From Lama glama (Eukaryota), in NCBI GenBank assembly GCA_028534125.1, contig CM052816.1, positions 248,001 through 312,000 on the forward strand: DNA of 64,000 bases. Reading direction: 5' to 3'. Of this stretch, positions 48,281 through 62,229 are shown in pieces (position 1 is the first letter of the stretch; each line of letters begins with the position of its first letter). The notes under the pieces are model-generated. The model was not told where the DNA came from. It was given only the letters and a program-made list of their open reading frames with translations, and did no database searches. Both the position numbers and the translations under genes were made by a program.

Positions 48281-51200
48281 CGGCGCTGCTCCGGGGCGCA
48301 ACTCCAGGGCGCGGCGGCTCGGCCTGGCGCTGGCGGCTGCGCGCGGTTCCGAGGCGCCGCCTGGCCCACGGCGCCTACTGTCAGGGCGGCGGCCCCAAGG
48401 GCGGCGCGGCCTGGGCTTGCTTCCTGCTGGGCGAGCGCGCCCTTGTGCGCGTGCGCGGACCGGACTCGGCGCCCTTTCTCCTGGGTCTGCTGACCAATGA
48501 GCTGCCACTTCCGGGTCCTGCGGCCGGCTCGGCTTCAGCCCCGGCGCGCGCGAGCTACGCCCACTTTCTCAATGTCCAGGGACGCACGCTCTATGACGTC
48601 ATTCTCTACGGGTGAGAGCATGGTGGGGGATAGGCTCCGGGGGTTGGGGGAGGGCTGAGGGATGGGCTCCCTTGGAGGGCTCTCGGGTGGGCAGACACGG
48701 GGGAGGGGCAGGCTGAGGGCGGAGCTTAGGGCATCCAGAGGCGGGGCACCTACGGGAAGACTCCGTGTGGCCCAGGATGGACATCCGGGAGAGCACGAGC
48801 AGGGCAGGCCATCCACTGGAGGCACATCTGGGAGCCTGTGCACAGACAGGGTGGGCGGAGGTGGGACGGCGTCTGCGGATTGGAGGGGCGCCCATGGTGG
48901 GACACTTGGGGACCTGCACACGGGGTGGGCTCGGGGTAGGCGCCCGGGCAGGGCAGCCATCGGTGGACTGGAGCCGGCACCCACGAATGGGCCTGCGATT
49001 CTCACCCATGGGAGGGCCTGGACTCTCCTGCACCTGGCCTCTTCTCCTGTTCAGACCCACTGCACGGAAAAGGGGTCGTGGCACCTGGAGCCACACTGCG
49101 GGGAGCCGCTTGTGCCACTGCTCACTGAGTTCTCCGGTGTACACTCCGGTGTGCGTTTCTCTCCAAAATTTCGTATTCAGTAATATTAGCGTGTGTTTAC
49201 ATCAGTCTCTGCCGACCTTATCACGACTGTCCGTGTTGGTCACAAGAACAAGCCAAGTCGGTGGCCTTGCCCTTTGTCGTATAGAANNNNNNNNNNNNNN
49301 NNNNNNNNNNNNNNNNNNNNNNNNNNNNNNNNNNNNNNNNNNNNNNNNNNNNNNNNNNNNNNNNNNNNNNNNNNNNNNNNNNNNNNNNNNNNNNNNNNNN
49401 NNNNNNNNNNNNNNNNNNNNNNNNNNNNNNNNNNNNNNNNNNNNNNNNNNNNNNNNNNNNNNNNNNNNNNNNNNNNNNNNNNNNNNNNNNNNNNNNNNNN
49501 NNNNNNNNNNNNNNNNNNNNNNNNNNNNNNNNNNNNNNNNNNNNNNNNNNNNNNNNNNNNNNNNNNNNNNNNNNNNNNNNNNNNNNNNNNNNNNNNNNNN
49601 NNNNNNNNNNNNNNNNNNNNNNNNNNNNNNNNNNNNNNNNNNNNNNNNNNNNNNNNNNNNNNNNNNNNNNNNNNNNNNNNNNNNNNNNNNNNNNNNNNNN
49701 NNNNNNNNNNNNNNNNNNNNNNNNNNNNNNNNNNNNNNNNNNNNNNNNNNNNNNNNNNNNNNNNNNNNNNNNNNNNNNNNNNNNNNCCCATGGAACGTCC
49801 ACCCCGTGAGTGAGATGGAGGCATCAGGGGTCCTGTCCACCCCGGCACTCTGGTGGTCCCATCACCACCCCTCCTCAGGGCCCTGCCCCGGCTGGGTCTC
49901 TTCCCAACGTGGCCATGGCTTTACCTGCATCTCTCCCTCCTCCTCCCAAGGTTTTCTCTCCCCAGCAACCTCACATTCTGCTCACCCATGCTCAGTTCCT
50001 CCCCTTGCCAGTATTTCATACCGTTTCTGCCTGCTTCCTCTATCAGAGATTTAAAAAATCAAACTGTAACTGCACATGGTTAAAACCCCTAACCTTTAAA
50101 GGCTTATGATGAAAACTGACTGCTGTCTCCCTTGTGTCTCACCGGCACAAACCCATCTTCTCCAGAGGCAGCTCCCTTTTCTTTTTGCTTTTTCTTTTGA
50201 AATAATTACAGATACCCAGGAAGCCACAAAAAAAAGAACAGGGAGGTTGCATGTCCCCTTCACCCAGTTCCCACAATGGCAACACCTTGCCTTCTGTAGT
50301 CCAAAGTCACAACCAGGGGACTGACGTGGGCCAGCCACAGGGTGCACCCAGGTTCCTCCAGATTTCCACGTGTGCCTGCAGCTCTGTGATTTGCTCACAC
50401 GTGTGTGGACCTGGGGAACCTCGATCAAGACAGCTCTTCCATTACTATCAGGCTCCCTTCTAAACTCTGCTCTCAGGTACTCAGCTGCTTGCCCTCCATC
50501 TCTATGACTGTGTCATTTCAGGAGTATCGAATGAACAGAGTCTCTTAAGATTGGGTTTCACTCACCTCGATGCCCTTCAGCCTCTTCCTTGCTGAGTACT
50601 ATTCCACCGAGAGAATGTACCACAGTGTGTGAACTGTTCACCCGCTGAAGGGCATCTTGGTTTCATTGCCTGGCTGTTAAGAATAAAACCGCTCCTAATG
50701 TTCATGCGTGGGTTTTCTGTGAACACCTGGGGTGTTCCCTGGGGTAAGTGCCCAGGAGTGCAATGGCTGGGTCGTGTGGTAGCTATGTATTTAGTTTTAT
50801 AAAGAACAATCCATTTTCCAGAATGGCCACTCCATTTACATTCCCACCAGCAAGGCTGAATGATCCAGCTTCTCCTCTGCGTTCTCTCTGCCTTGGATGT
50901 TTTTATTTCAGCCTTTCTGATAGCTGTGCCCTGGTGTCTGTCACGGTGGGTTTTGCCTCGTGATAAGTGACATTGAACTTCTTTTCGTGGGGTTATCTGC
51001 AGCAGCGCCTTTGAATTCTTCTGTTTGTTCTGGCCTTTTAATTCCGGCTGTAAATGACCCTTTCCCCACCCCGCAGCTGATCTCAGTTTTGACCTTCTTT
51101 CAGGACTGTTTGGGAGGTGAGCGGCTAACCTGGCTTGCTGCTGCAGCCTGCTCTTTCCCGCTTTCTCCACGTGGTTGTTGATGTCCTTACTGGACCCACG

Positions 51201-53311
51201 GCTGGTAGTTACGTGCAGGGACATGGAAGGTTTTGTGCTGTGGGGTGAACCCACAGCAAATCGGCACACAGAGCAAGCCTCTGCAGCTTTTTCCTCTGGG
51301 GGTGACTGACTGCTTCAGGGCAGCACTTAACCCTTTCCTGCCTGGGTAGGAGGTTGGGGGCACAGCTGGTGGGCTCTGGGGGCGGGGGCGGGGGTGGGGG
51401 TACCAGCTGATGGCCTTTTCCTTATATGTACTCCTAGAACGTCTTACCCACGTTTTCGTCTCAGCTCCCACCTGGCTGTGGGTCCTTGCTCAATCCATAT
51501 GTACAGCCAGGACCTCAGCCTTCTACCCCTGTGGGTCCTAGAAGTCTCCATTTAGGGGTTCTCCTCCATGTCCAGTGGTGCACTGCCTCTCCTTTGTGCT
51601 TATCTGTCCGTGATGGCTCCACCATCCGTCTGGTCACCACAGTAGGATCCAGGGTCCTTCCAGTGCATGTTGGCTGCCAGTGCAGGTTAGGATGGTTCTG
51701 GGGCTCTGATCAGGTTGTGGGGCTTTCCTAGGGGAGGTGGGAGGTGGCCTTGGGCAGGATGTGGCCTCACCACACATCTCACCTTACATCAGCTGCCTGC
51801 TGTACCCCCAGCTCTTCCTGCCCGCCCGCATCCCTGCTGAGATCCACTGTGCACCCTGCCTTAGAACCCTTGGCTTTTTCTCAGTGGCTTCTCAGGGCTG
51901 GAGGAGGCAAATCCTGGACCTCAGTGTGACCTTGAGCACCTGACACCACTGTGGTCCCAGGGCCCTGCTTCTCAGCGGTCCGGCCAAGGCCTCTCCTCCA
52001 CTGGTCAGACTGCTCCTCGTGGGTGAGGAGGGGTCCTGTAGTGGCCATGAGGTTTCTAGCATGCATTGCGCTGTGCAGCAGTACCAGGTGGTCCACGGGT
52101 GGTCCATTGCATTGGAAGGCACAGCCGTGCATGGGTGTGGCCCGACCCTGCGCACTTCCTACCATGTGCCCTGCCCACCCCACCTCCCCCTGCAGGCTCC
52201 TTGAGCACTCGGATGAGCAGCCCACCTTCCTCCTGGAGTGTGACACGTCAGTGCTGGACGCGCTGCAGAGGCATCTGGTGCTGCACAGGATCCGGCGGAG
52301 GGTCACGGTGGAGCCATGCCCTGAGCTGCGCGTGTGGGCCGTGCTGCCCTGTGCCTCTGAGGACGCCAGCAGGGCTGCACCGCTGCAGGAGAAGGCCGAG
52401 GGCACCGCCGTCCTCACCCGTGATCCCCGAACAGCCCGCATGGGCTGGCGGCTCCTCTCCCAGGATGAGGGCTCAGCCCTGGTGCCCGGGTCCCGGCTTG
52501 GGGACCTCCAGGATTATCACCGGCACCGGTACCAGCAAGGTATGGACATGGGACTGGGCCTGGGGAAGGGTGAGGGAGAAGTGCTGGATGGTGGGGAGGG
52601 ATTAGGGTGGGATTGGAGGGGGAGGAGGGGTGTGACACAGGGCCCTGGGGAAGCTCTGTGGTGGGCCCAGGCTCTGGGAGGAGCCAGGGGAGGGAGCAGG
52701 GGTCTGGGATAAGACCAGACCTAGGTGCTGACCTGGGGACCAGGATGGGGAGCTGCAGCAGGGACCTGGAGAATGGGAGGGACCCGGAGGATTGTGGGGG
52801 GCAGATGGTGGGGCTTCTACAGGCCAGCACTGCCAGCCTCCCTGGGTTGAGCTGCCAGCTCTCTGTAGGTCACCTCAGAGTCTGGGATTCACTAAGCCTC
52901 TCCCCTCCCACCCCTACAGGTGTTCCCGAGGGGATCCACGACCTGCCCCCAGGAGTGGCTTTGCCCCTGGAGTCCAACCTGGCCTTCATGAACGGCATCA
53001 GCTTCACCAAGGGCTGCTACATTGGCCAGGAGCTGACGGCCCGCACCCACCACATGGGTGTCATCCGAAAGCGCCTCTTCCCAGTACAGCTCTCAGGCCC
53101 CCTCCCGGTGGGCGGCATCGCCCCCGGCACCTCCGTGCTCACCGAGTCAGGTCAGGCAGCCGGCAAGTACCGGGCAGGCCAGGGGGACGTGGGGTTGGCT
53201 CTGCTGCGGGCAGAGAAAGTCAAGGGCCCTCTCCACATCAGAACCTCTGAGAGCGGTCTAGTGGCCCTGACTGCATCTGTGCCAGACTGGTGGCCCACAG
53301 CTACCAACTAG
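48271..53311 (+). CDS. IBA57: Iron-sulfur cluster assembly factor IBA57, mitochondrial, 358 aa; join(48271..48611,52196..52539,52920..53311)
   Basis: Arg-rich presequence; [35 protein letters not shown] and the YgfZ/CAF17 signature [12 protein letters not shown]. Exons 341+344+392=1077 nt, GT-AG and in phase. Confidence 0.98.
49287..49786. other. Assembly gap (500 N) in IBA57 intron 1
   Basis: Exactly 500 N, a typical placeholder size. Confidence 1.
50180..51000 (-). mobile_element. L1M fragment (antisense) in IBA57 intron 1
   Basis: cccttcacccagttccc..., gggtaagtgcccaggagtgcaatggctgggtc, catttacattcccaccagcaa. Confidence 0.7.
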
Positions 53312-56300
53312 CCCTGGATGTCCCTGCACTCCTGCACAGGGCCTCTGTCCATCTGCTGCACCCTGTAGGCCGGCCCCCGCTCCCAGGGTGGCCCAGTTGA
53401 ACGAACACCAGCTTGGAGGCTCCCCAAGTATACGTGGGCCTCCCAGGGCTGCAGGTATGGGGGGGCATGCCAGGTGTTCCCAGCCCACCATGCTTCCTCT
53501 GGAGGGTCCTATGCTCAGGGTGGGCCATCCTCTCCTGGCAGCTCTGTGGCCAGAGCAGCAGGAGCCTCTTGGGAACTGGGGGCAGGTAGGGGTGAGCCCT
53601 GCACCTGCCTCTGTGCTATGCTGAGCCCCAGCTTCCACTAGACCTTGGATGAGGCTCCAAACCATATAGGCCTGGAGGTCATTCATCCATCAGCCAGGGA
53701 TGCTCCAGGATGTGTCTGAGCATCCCTCTTGAGTCTGCTCGGGCTGGCCTGGGGAGGAGGCTTCTCAGCGTCTGGGGTGGCTGAAGGGACAAGTGGGCTC
53801 CGGGAATTGTCTTACCATGTTGGCTTGGGGGCAGGTCTCAGGGTGAGAATCTTGGGGGCCGGGTGGAGTGGCGGTGTCTGTGAGTCGAGGTGTATACACT
53901 GCTCACACCCACCAGGGGTCTCCCAAGTGTATCCCTGTGCTCAGGGGCAACCAGCTGGGGGAGCCCCAGTACCATTTCTTGCCAGGGTGCCCCATCTGCA
54001 CAGCTTCGGCCCCACGGTGGTGTCAGCAGCCCTGCCTGCCCCCTCCGTGCCCCGCAGACCTCAGGAGCTTGGGGTAGGGGAGGCTGCCCTGGGACAGCAG
54101 GGCCCAGGGTGCAGAGAGGAGCTTCAGCTTGGTTTACTCGCTGCTGCTTTCTGATGCAGGCATGTCTTCACAGTGAGGGGATGACTGACTTAACCCCGCT
54201 TTAAACCACTGATTTCCATTTTCCCACTGCAATGTGAATCTCGTGTTTATGGGGTGTCCCACCAGATACCCCAGAGTGGCTATTAAAGTGTGACCCACAA
54301 CTGGTCCATGTGGAACTCTGGTTTCATTCTGAGTGGCAGGTGCTGGGACTTGGTTTTGGGTAGACCAGATACATTGAGATGCTCTTTCTTGAACACCTGA
54401 GCACACCAGATAAAATATTTTAGTGGAGTTTCCCCGGTTTACTGGACTGACTAGAAGGGAAGAGGTCTCAGAGGCCTGGACCAGTGATGGAGTGCCGAGT
54501 CCAGAGGAGACAGGAACTTGGTGATTCTGAGCTGTGGCCTGAGAACCCAGGGCAAAAGGCAGACAGGCCTGTCCCTGTGGATTGTTGGTACCCACAGAGC
54601 TGGGATGGGGAACTGAGCAACAAAGGAGCCATCCTGGTGTCGGGGGGAGCAGCAGAACCCCCCCCCCCCAAGAACCTGCAGCCAGATGCAGCTAGGAGTC
54701 ATTTCAGGAGGAGGTGGGGAGAGTGGAGCTGGGGGTGGGGAGCTATTGGGCACTTCAGGGGAACAGGAGACACAGAGAGGGACTGGGATATTAAAGGTGA
54801 TGGAGACATGGGGGGCGGGGAGCGCTTGGCCAGTCCTGCGAGGCGAGGAAATAGCCAGGCAGTTCTGGTCTCTTCCGTCCCAGCAAACTGAGAGCAGGTG
54901 GTCAGGCTGGGTGGGCAGCAGCATCTGAGGTGCCGCTCCTGGGGTACCTTCAGTCACACCAGGTGGTTAGGGAATAGAACAAAATTAAGGCAGGACAGCC
55001 TCTGGGCAGGAATGACGGGGGTCTTCACAACATATAAATAAAGGACACAGGAGCCCCTGTGCTGACGCCGCTGCCATTGTCTGTGGTGGGAATTAAAAAC
55101 GCTCAGGGCTTCTCACGGTCTGTGGATCCCCAGAGTCGAGAGCTAGGCGTCTTCTCTGGACAGTGGTTTTTGTAGAACGTCAGTCCATTGGCGTGAGCAT
55201 GAGCTTCTGTGACCTGATGTGGGAGCCACTAGTTAATGAGAAAGGAGGTGGGCCATGGTATTAAGCGCGGTCAGCTTCTGCGTGAAATGCTGCCTTGGAG
55301 GTCGTGTGTCCCAAAAATGTCTTCAGTGTTCTCCAGGTAACAGAGACCTTAAAATATTTGGTGCAGACCCAAAGAAATACACCTTCCGGGTTCAACCTCA
55401 GTGTTTTTAAAAGGAGGTTGCCACACAATGCAAGTGCTCCCTTTCTTGGACAAACCAAGTCAGTTTTCACGAAAACACTGGAGCTTAAAGAGCTCTGACT
55501 TTGAGGCGCTCCAAAGCCAGCTGCCCAGTGCACATGATCCAGAGGAGACCAGTCAGTGTTAAATCTTTACGTTCGCTTCCAATTTCATACACACTGAACC
55601 CTTTGAATACAGATACCTGGGGGAAGTTCGTTGCTGCTTTTCCTGTCTGCTTTAGTTTGTTTTGTAAAAAGTATAAAGTTCTGAAAATTAGCTGTTTAAA
55701 AAAACAGAGTAGCTCTGGGGGTGGTAGTATTTCTAGAAGTCTGGCAAATCCAAGTGTAAACCTTTCTTTAGAAACTCTCGTCCAGCTCAAGTTGTACAGA
55801 GAATACATTCTAAGGAATACACCTTTGTTGTTAAAAAACAAACAAACAAAAAACCCAAAAACACTCATTTAACCCCCAAAGAAACAAGAGTCAGCAGAAA
55901 AAACAGTAGAATCAAACCCACAGATTTTTCAGATATTGGAGTAACCAGACACATAACATAAAATAAATATACTTAGTGTATTTAAAGAAATAAGGCATTT
56001 AAATATTAGTAAGAAGCAAGAGACTATAAAATGATCAGATAGATCATGAAACAGAATCAGAGAAAACTTCTGGAGATAAAAATAAATTAAAATCTATGAA
56101 TATAGTCTCTGAAAAGAAGGGATTAAGAGACAGAAGAAGAGAGTGATTTAATATAATGTAATGATCTAAGTGGAATTACGGAAGGAGAGAAAGAATGGCT
56201 GAGAATTTTCCAGAATGGATGGCAGTTGCCACTTCCTAGGCTCAGGAAGCCCAGTGGGTGTGTAGCATTGTATCTTCTATGTACTGAGAGAAAAATAACT

Positions 56301-56365
56301 ATCAAGTCTAGAATGTATACCCCAAACTGTTATTCAAGAATGAGGTGAAATAAGACATCTTCATC

Positions 56366-57190
56366 TGTGATGTGATTTTTGTAAGAAATACATATTTGGT
56401 CTTTGTCCCTAATCCGGGCGCAGAGCTCCTAAAACTCTTGGAATTTTCTAAGTGATGAGATTGATAGAGATACATCGATACTCATAACAAGCCCCTGTCA
56501 GCCACTCCAGAGTTTATGTTAATGAGGTGATTTTGGAAACCCCGGTGGATGGGGGCTGGTTGCGAGGGAATCAACCATGTGATTAGAGGGTTAGAACTTT
56601 GAATCCCCTGACCTCTGGGAAAGGGAGAGTTGCTGGCGGTTGAATCAGATGCCAAAGACCAATGATTTAATCAATCATACCTCTATAATGAACCCTCTAT
56701 AAAAACCTAAAAAGGATGGGGTTTGGAGAGTGTCCAGGTTGGTGAATACGTGGAGGTTTGGGGAGAGTGGCGTGCCCAGAGAGGGCATGGAAGCTCCACG
56801 CCCCTTCCCACATACATTGCTCTCTCCATCTCTTCCATCTGGCTATTCATGAGTTATATCCTTTAAAAATAAACCGGTAATCTAGTAAGTAGAATGTTTC
56901 TCTGAGTTCTGTGAGCCATTGCAGCAAATTAATTGAACCCAGGGATGGTCATGGAAACCCACCTATAGCCAGTTGATCAGGAGCGCAGGTGATAACTTAG
57001 ACTTGGTTTTGGTGTCTGAAGTGGTGGTAGGGGGGGCACCCTTGTGGAAATGAGCCCTTAACTTGTGGGTTCTGATGCTGTCTCCAGGTAGATGGTGTCA
57101 GAATTGGGTTGAATTGTAGGACACACAGGCAGTCTTGGAGAATTGCCTGATGTGGGGAGAGAGCCTGCATGTTTTAGAATTGAAGAAGCA
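56366..57190 (+). mobile_element. MER21-like LTR within decayed L1 sequence (~55880-58720)
   Basis: tgtgatgtgatt...gctcctaaaactcttggaattt...aataaaccggtaatctagtaagt; a third partial copy at ~57370-57985. Confidence 0.75.
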
Positions 57191-58204
57191 AAAAGTTCAG
57201 AGTTAAAAAATTCTAAAGGATGTCTTTAGGCAGAAGGACAGTCCCATAGACGAAATCCCACAAGGGAAGCTCTGAAATACAAGACTGGAATGAATAGAGG
57301 AATGAAAGGTAAATAAATGGATAAATCTAAAAGGCTGAATTTAAAAGTTGGTATTTATAGTCCCTATCTTGGGAGAGAGTTTATGCTAATGAGAAGGTTC
57401 AGGGTGGGCCCTGAGATGGCCTCAGAATGAAGACCAAGTGATAAGAGAGTGGGAACTTTCAGTCCCATTTCCAACCTCCAGGGAAGGAGGGGATCTGGAG
57501 ATTGAGCTTCCATTAAAAACTCTTGAACAAGATTTGATGAACTTCCAGGTCGGTGAGCACGTCGAGGGGCTGGAAGGGTGGTGCCCAGAGAGGTCATTGA
57601 AACCCCATACCTTGCCTTGTATGTCTCTTCCAGTAGGCTGTTCCTGAGTTATATCCAGAACTCGGGTAATAAACCAGTAAACCTAAGTAAAGTGTTTCCT
57701 GAGTTCTGTGAATCATTCTAGCAAATTATCGAATCTGAGGAGAACACGGGAATGCCTGAATTTGTAGCCAAGCTGAACAGAAGCACTGGTGGGCTGGGCA
57801 CCCCATGGTAACTGGCATCTGAAGTGGGGGGCAGTCTTGTGGGCTGAGTCCCAACCTATGGGGTATGATGCTAACTCAGGAACTTAGTGTCAGAACTGAG
57901 TTGAATTGTTGGACACCTGGTCAAAGAAAGAGAACTGGAGAGTTGGGTGATGTTGGAAGACACCACGTTATTTTGATGTCACAGAAAAAAAACTACAGAA
58001 ATCCTTCTCATCATTAATTGGCAAATCAAATTAATAAGAGTCAGTAAAGACAGGTTGATAATAACATAATCCTTAAGCTTGACCTAAAGCCTCCATCAAC
58101 CATTGCACTCAGCAATCAGAGAGTACACATTTCTATCAAAAGCACGTGGAATGTGTATGAAGATTAATCTTGTTCTTGGCCCTAAAGTTTCCACAAGTTT
58201 CTTT

Positions 58205-58333
58205 TTCTGTGGGGGGAGGCAATTAGGTTTGTTTGTTACTTATTTTTAAATTTTTTTAATGAAAATGCTGGGGGTTGAACCTAGGACCTTGTGCATTCTA
58301 GGCACACTGTCACTGAGCTATGTACCTTCTCCC
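58205..58333 (-). mobile_element. tRNA-derived SINE resembling camelid vic-1
   Basis: Minus strand GGGAGAAGGTACATAGCTCAGTG (A box)...GGTCCTAGGTTCAACCCCCAGCA (B box), then an AT-rich tail and CCTAATTGCCTCCCCCC. Confidence 0.75.
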
Positions 58334-60169
58334 GTTTACAACTTTCAAAGAACTGGTTTCATGGAGATTCCTTTGATTACAATTCTATTTAAAAAATTAC
58401 CAATAACTAAAAACCTTCATCACTTGAAAGTTAAAAAAGTCATATCTAACTACCTCGTCAAAGAAAAAAGTCATCACAAATCATTAGCTGTTTAGAAATG
58501 AAACGTAAATGAAAATACAACAAAATTTGGTTGTGGGTGTACATTTATCAGGGGTAACTTTATAGCTTGAGTCATATTATTGAAAAAGACCAAAAATTAA
58601 GTAGCTGTGCCCCTGACTTAAGAAGTTAGCAAAACAACAACATAATAGACTGAAAGAGAGTGAAAAGAAGGAAATAATAAAGTAAAAAACCGAAAGGCAG
58701 AGGAGCGACAATGCCAAATACTTTGAATCAACAGGGCAGTGGGAGTGGGAGGAGGATCCCGGGGTGCTGCAAGGGAGGCAGGGTGGCTGGGTCTGCACCC
58801 TCCCCCTGCCTGGCCTTTCTAGAAAACCCCTCTCTTTCCACCCCACTGTGTTTCCTTTTCATGTTTCCTCTCCCAGCCGGTGCTGCAGGTAATTTGATTT
58901 TCCAGAAGCTCTCTTAAAAATACATACTCTGTCCCATTTTCTTCTGGGTTTATCTCCGTGTTCTTTCTCTGCGTAGCTGAGGTGGTTCTGTGTGTAACAC
59001 ATCAGTTTCACGTCCTGTATTTCCCCCCACGTACCTTGAGCACTTTTTCCTCTGTCATCACCATGGATGTTTTTTGTGGCTTCCTGGCATCTTCAGTAGC
59101 CCTTGGTTGACTCAGCTAGGCCACTGATGGACATCCAGTACATTTTCTTGGTTCTTCTCTTTCATTTTTAGCTATGGTGATGTTTCAGTCTCGTGCTTGC
59201 ATTTCAGATTTCGTGGCTCACTGTGGGCAGGGGCGGGATGCTGACCTCCTAGTGGGTGGCACTGAGCCAGCTGTGCTGTGTTCTTGACTTGCCACTGGTT
59301 TCAGGAGTATAAATAGGTTTGAGAAAAATGATCAAGTGGGAGAGCTGAGACTGAGTGGGACAGAAACCCTACTTTAAGAGGCCAGCATGAGACCCCCAGC
59401 CTATCTCAGTGGAGGCTGGTGGATGGGTGGGTCCGGAGTCATTGCCCTGTTGACTTCTCCTCCCCCATTAGGTTCAGACATGTTTTCTCCAACATTTTAT
59501 TACGAAAAAAAGGAACACATGAAGTGCGAATTTTGCGGTGAACACCCCTGGACTTGCCCCATTCGCAATGAGTTGCTGCTGTGCTTGGTCCTTTGGGTAT
59601 CAATCCCGCACCCTAATTCTCTATACTCCCCGCCCCCACTTGGCCTTTCTTAATTTTGATTCATTTGCAAGCAAGTGGCAGGCCTGAGCTCCGCTCATTC
59701 CGAACACCTTCATTGATACCAGTTATGGTCCATTTTTTCCCCTTGGAGGTGAAATTAGCATATAGTGAAACGCACAAGTCCTGCTATTTGATGGATTCTG
59801 AAAAATACATACAACTGTGCAGCCCAGACCCTGAGGAGATCTGGACATCCATGAGCTACATGTGGTAGCTCTCTCCTGCCCCTCCCAGCCAGGCTCTGTC
59901 CTCCAGCTACCACGGATGGACTGAACCTGCTGTAGAGCTTCACATGGGTGCAGGCACACAGTGCTGTGGTTTCTAGGGGTGCTTTGTTCTCAGCACATTT
60001 TGGACCCTCCACCACTGTGCGTGTGTCCCCGGTGCAGTTCTTTTATTGCTGAGTAGGGCTGGTTGAGTGGATGGACCACAGCTTCTCCATCTCCTATGGA
60101 GGGGCCCCTCCCCCCTATCCCAGGATGCTGGCACTTTGGGCTGTTATGAGGAAAGCAGCAGTGAGCATA

Positions 60170-60650
60170 CAAACAGGCGGTGGCCAGACCATCTGTCAAA
60201 GTAGAACTCTGACCCACAACCTTTGACCCTCCGACCAGGAAACCAACCCACCATCTTCAGTGGCCAACCCGGAAAGCCAGCCTGCTGTAAGCTGGACTTG
60301 CAGGCTGTCAGACTGCCATCTCCAGCAACAATCCAGGCAGCCAAATAACCCCTGTAATTAGCAATCAGCCCCAAACCACAGGACTTGATCAATAATGTGT
60401 GCTCCGTATCTTTTGTTCCACTTCCAACTCAGGACCAACCAGAGAAAGCCAAATATGCTCCCTTGACCAGTCCCGCAGGGTGCTCCTAGTCGGTCGCTCT
60501 GGGTCCCCAGGCCCACAGGCCTCCCCTTTTCCCATGGGGAGGCTCTGCAGCCCCTGACTGCCTCTGACTCCCTCGCTGCAGCGAGATCTGAGCCCACGCC
60601 ATCCTCTGCTCCAGCAGCCTGCGTTCATTTCCACACGGGACCAAGCCCTT
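60170..60650 (+). mobile_element. Old ERV LTR fragment (MER31-like, family uncertain)
   Basis: agaactctgacccacaacc..., ttccaactcaggaccaaccagagaaagccaaatatgc. Confidence 0.55.
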
Positions 60651-62229
60651 TGTGGACACAGGCTTTCAACTCATGAAGTCAGCGCCTAGGGGTGGGTGTG
60701 TGGGGCCACACGGAGGAGGGAGGGTGTGTGTAAAGAGCTGCCTGCCTTCCCCTACAGCGACCAGTCCATTTAACGCTCCCACCGACAGCCAGTCCAGCGC
60801 CAACATTTGGTGCTGTCAGTCTTGCTGATTGCCATTTGGGGATTTGGTGTTTACATTTCAGGCATCTCAGGCAGATGCCTGGCTGTGCGTGACGGGGAGC
60901 TGAAGGGGCGTTCCCCCACTCTCTGTGGTCTGGGCACCTGATCAACTCAGTGTCCTCGTCTTCAGTTTCTTTTCAACTGTTGATTCAGTTTGGGTCACGT
61001 TAGCGTTTGTGGGAAAAATGAATTACTTCCAAATAGATTTCATGTCAGAAAGCTCGCAAAATGAAGTTCGTCAGGGAAGGTAATGATAGCAGGAACCCTG
61101 TGGATGAAAAATCTGGAAATTGCTGAGTTCTGGTCTACATTTCACTCATCCATTCATTCAACAAATAATATTGAGTGCCGACAAGCCACAAAAGAAAAGT
61201 AACAGTATACTGGGTTGCCATAGCTCTGCAGTGAAGAATTAAACAGAATGGGACAGAGTGTGTGGAGATGGGGTGAAGTGGGGGGATGGGCTGTCCGTGG
61301 TAGGATGGGTTGTGTTGGGGGGAACCAGGCTCATGGGGTTACCGGGGCATGTGCAAGGGTGGGGTGCATTGGGGGAACAGGGCTTGTGTGAGATGGGGGT
61401 GGTTGTGGGGATGGGGCAGGGTTGGGGCACATTGCGGGACAGAGTGCAGAGTCAGGGCATATTGGGAGACGGGGCAAGTGTGAGGATGAATTGCACATGG
61501 GGTCGGAGAGCGCTGGAGAGATGAGGAGAGCACGGGGTTGGGGTGTGTGTGGAGAACAGGCACATTTGGGGGATAGGGCACAGCCAGAGTGCATTGAGGG
61601 GATGAGGCATGTGCAAGATCAAGATGCATGAATGAGGGGTACACCTGGGGGCAATGGGACAGGGTCAGAGTGCATGAGGGGGTGGAGCACCCTGGGGGGA
61701 CTGGGCACACGAGGGGCAGGGGGCAGGGGGGCATATGTGCTGAGTGTGTCCGGACAGAGGACACATCTGGAATACCCTTCAAACAGCCGAGGCCAGTGTG
61801 GCTTGGAGCAGGGTTACAGGACAGAGACTGAGGAAGGGGTTTGCAAAGGGCTTGGTTGGCACTATCCCAGAGTAGAGTGGGGGTTGAGGGAGAGCCCCTG
61901 GCTGAGGGGTGAGGGGGTGCCGGCAGGGCGGGGCAAAACTGGGTTTACCTTAAAGCACATGGGGCTTGGAGGAATTGGGGTGGCACTGCACTGGCTATTT
62001 TTGTGGGGGTGGGGGGGCGACTGGGTGTTCAGTGGGAGTAGGTGGGGTGTGGCCTGGGGGTCCTGAGCACAGAGGAGGGCACCACTGAGAGGATGCAGAC
62101 TAATGTAGAGGAGCATCGGGGGGCAGGCTGCTCACAGATATGGGCTCAGGGCCTTGAGGTTGTGCGACCTCTTCTGACCCACCCCAGGTACCCCATCACC
62201 TTGTGCTGGGCTGTTTTGTCTAATGGGGA

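Noticed and set aside
49120..49286. Compositionally odd, CpG-retaining sequence just before the gap
   Set aside because: Probably low-quality contig-end sequence; cannot be interpreted without reads.
48765..50054. Long ORFs spanning the N run
   Set aside because: Artefacts of the 500-N gap.
58255..58333. Possible tRNA gene
   Set aside because: Degenerate A/B boxes with a SINE tail and no full cloverleaf; it is a SINE.
61240..62070. G-rich quasi-repetitive tract with several ORFs
   Set aside because: Low-complexity sequence without a consistent unit or coding signature.
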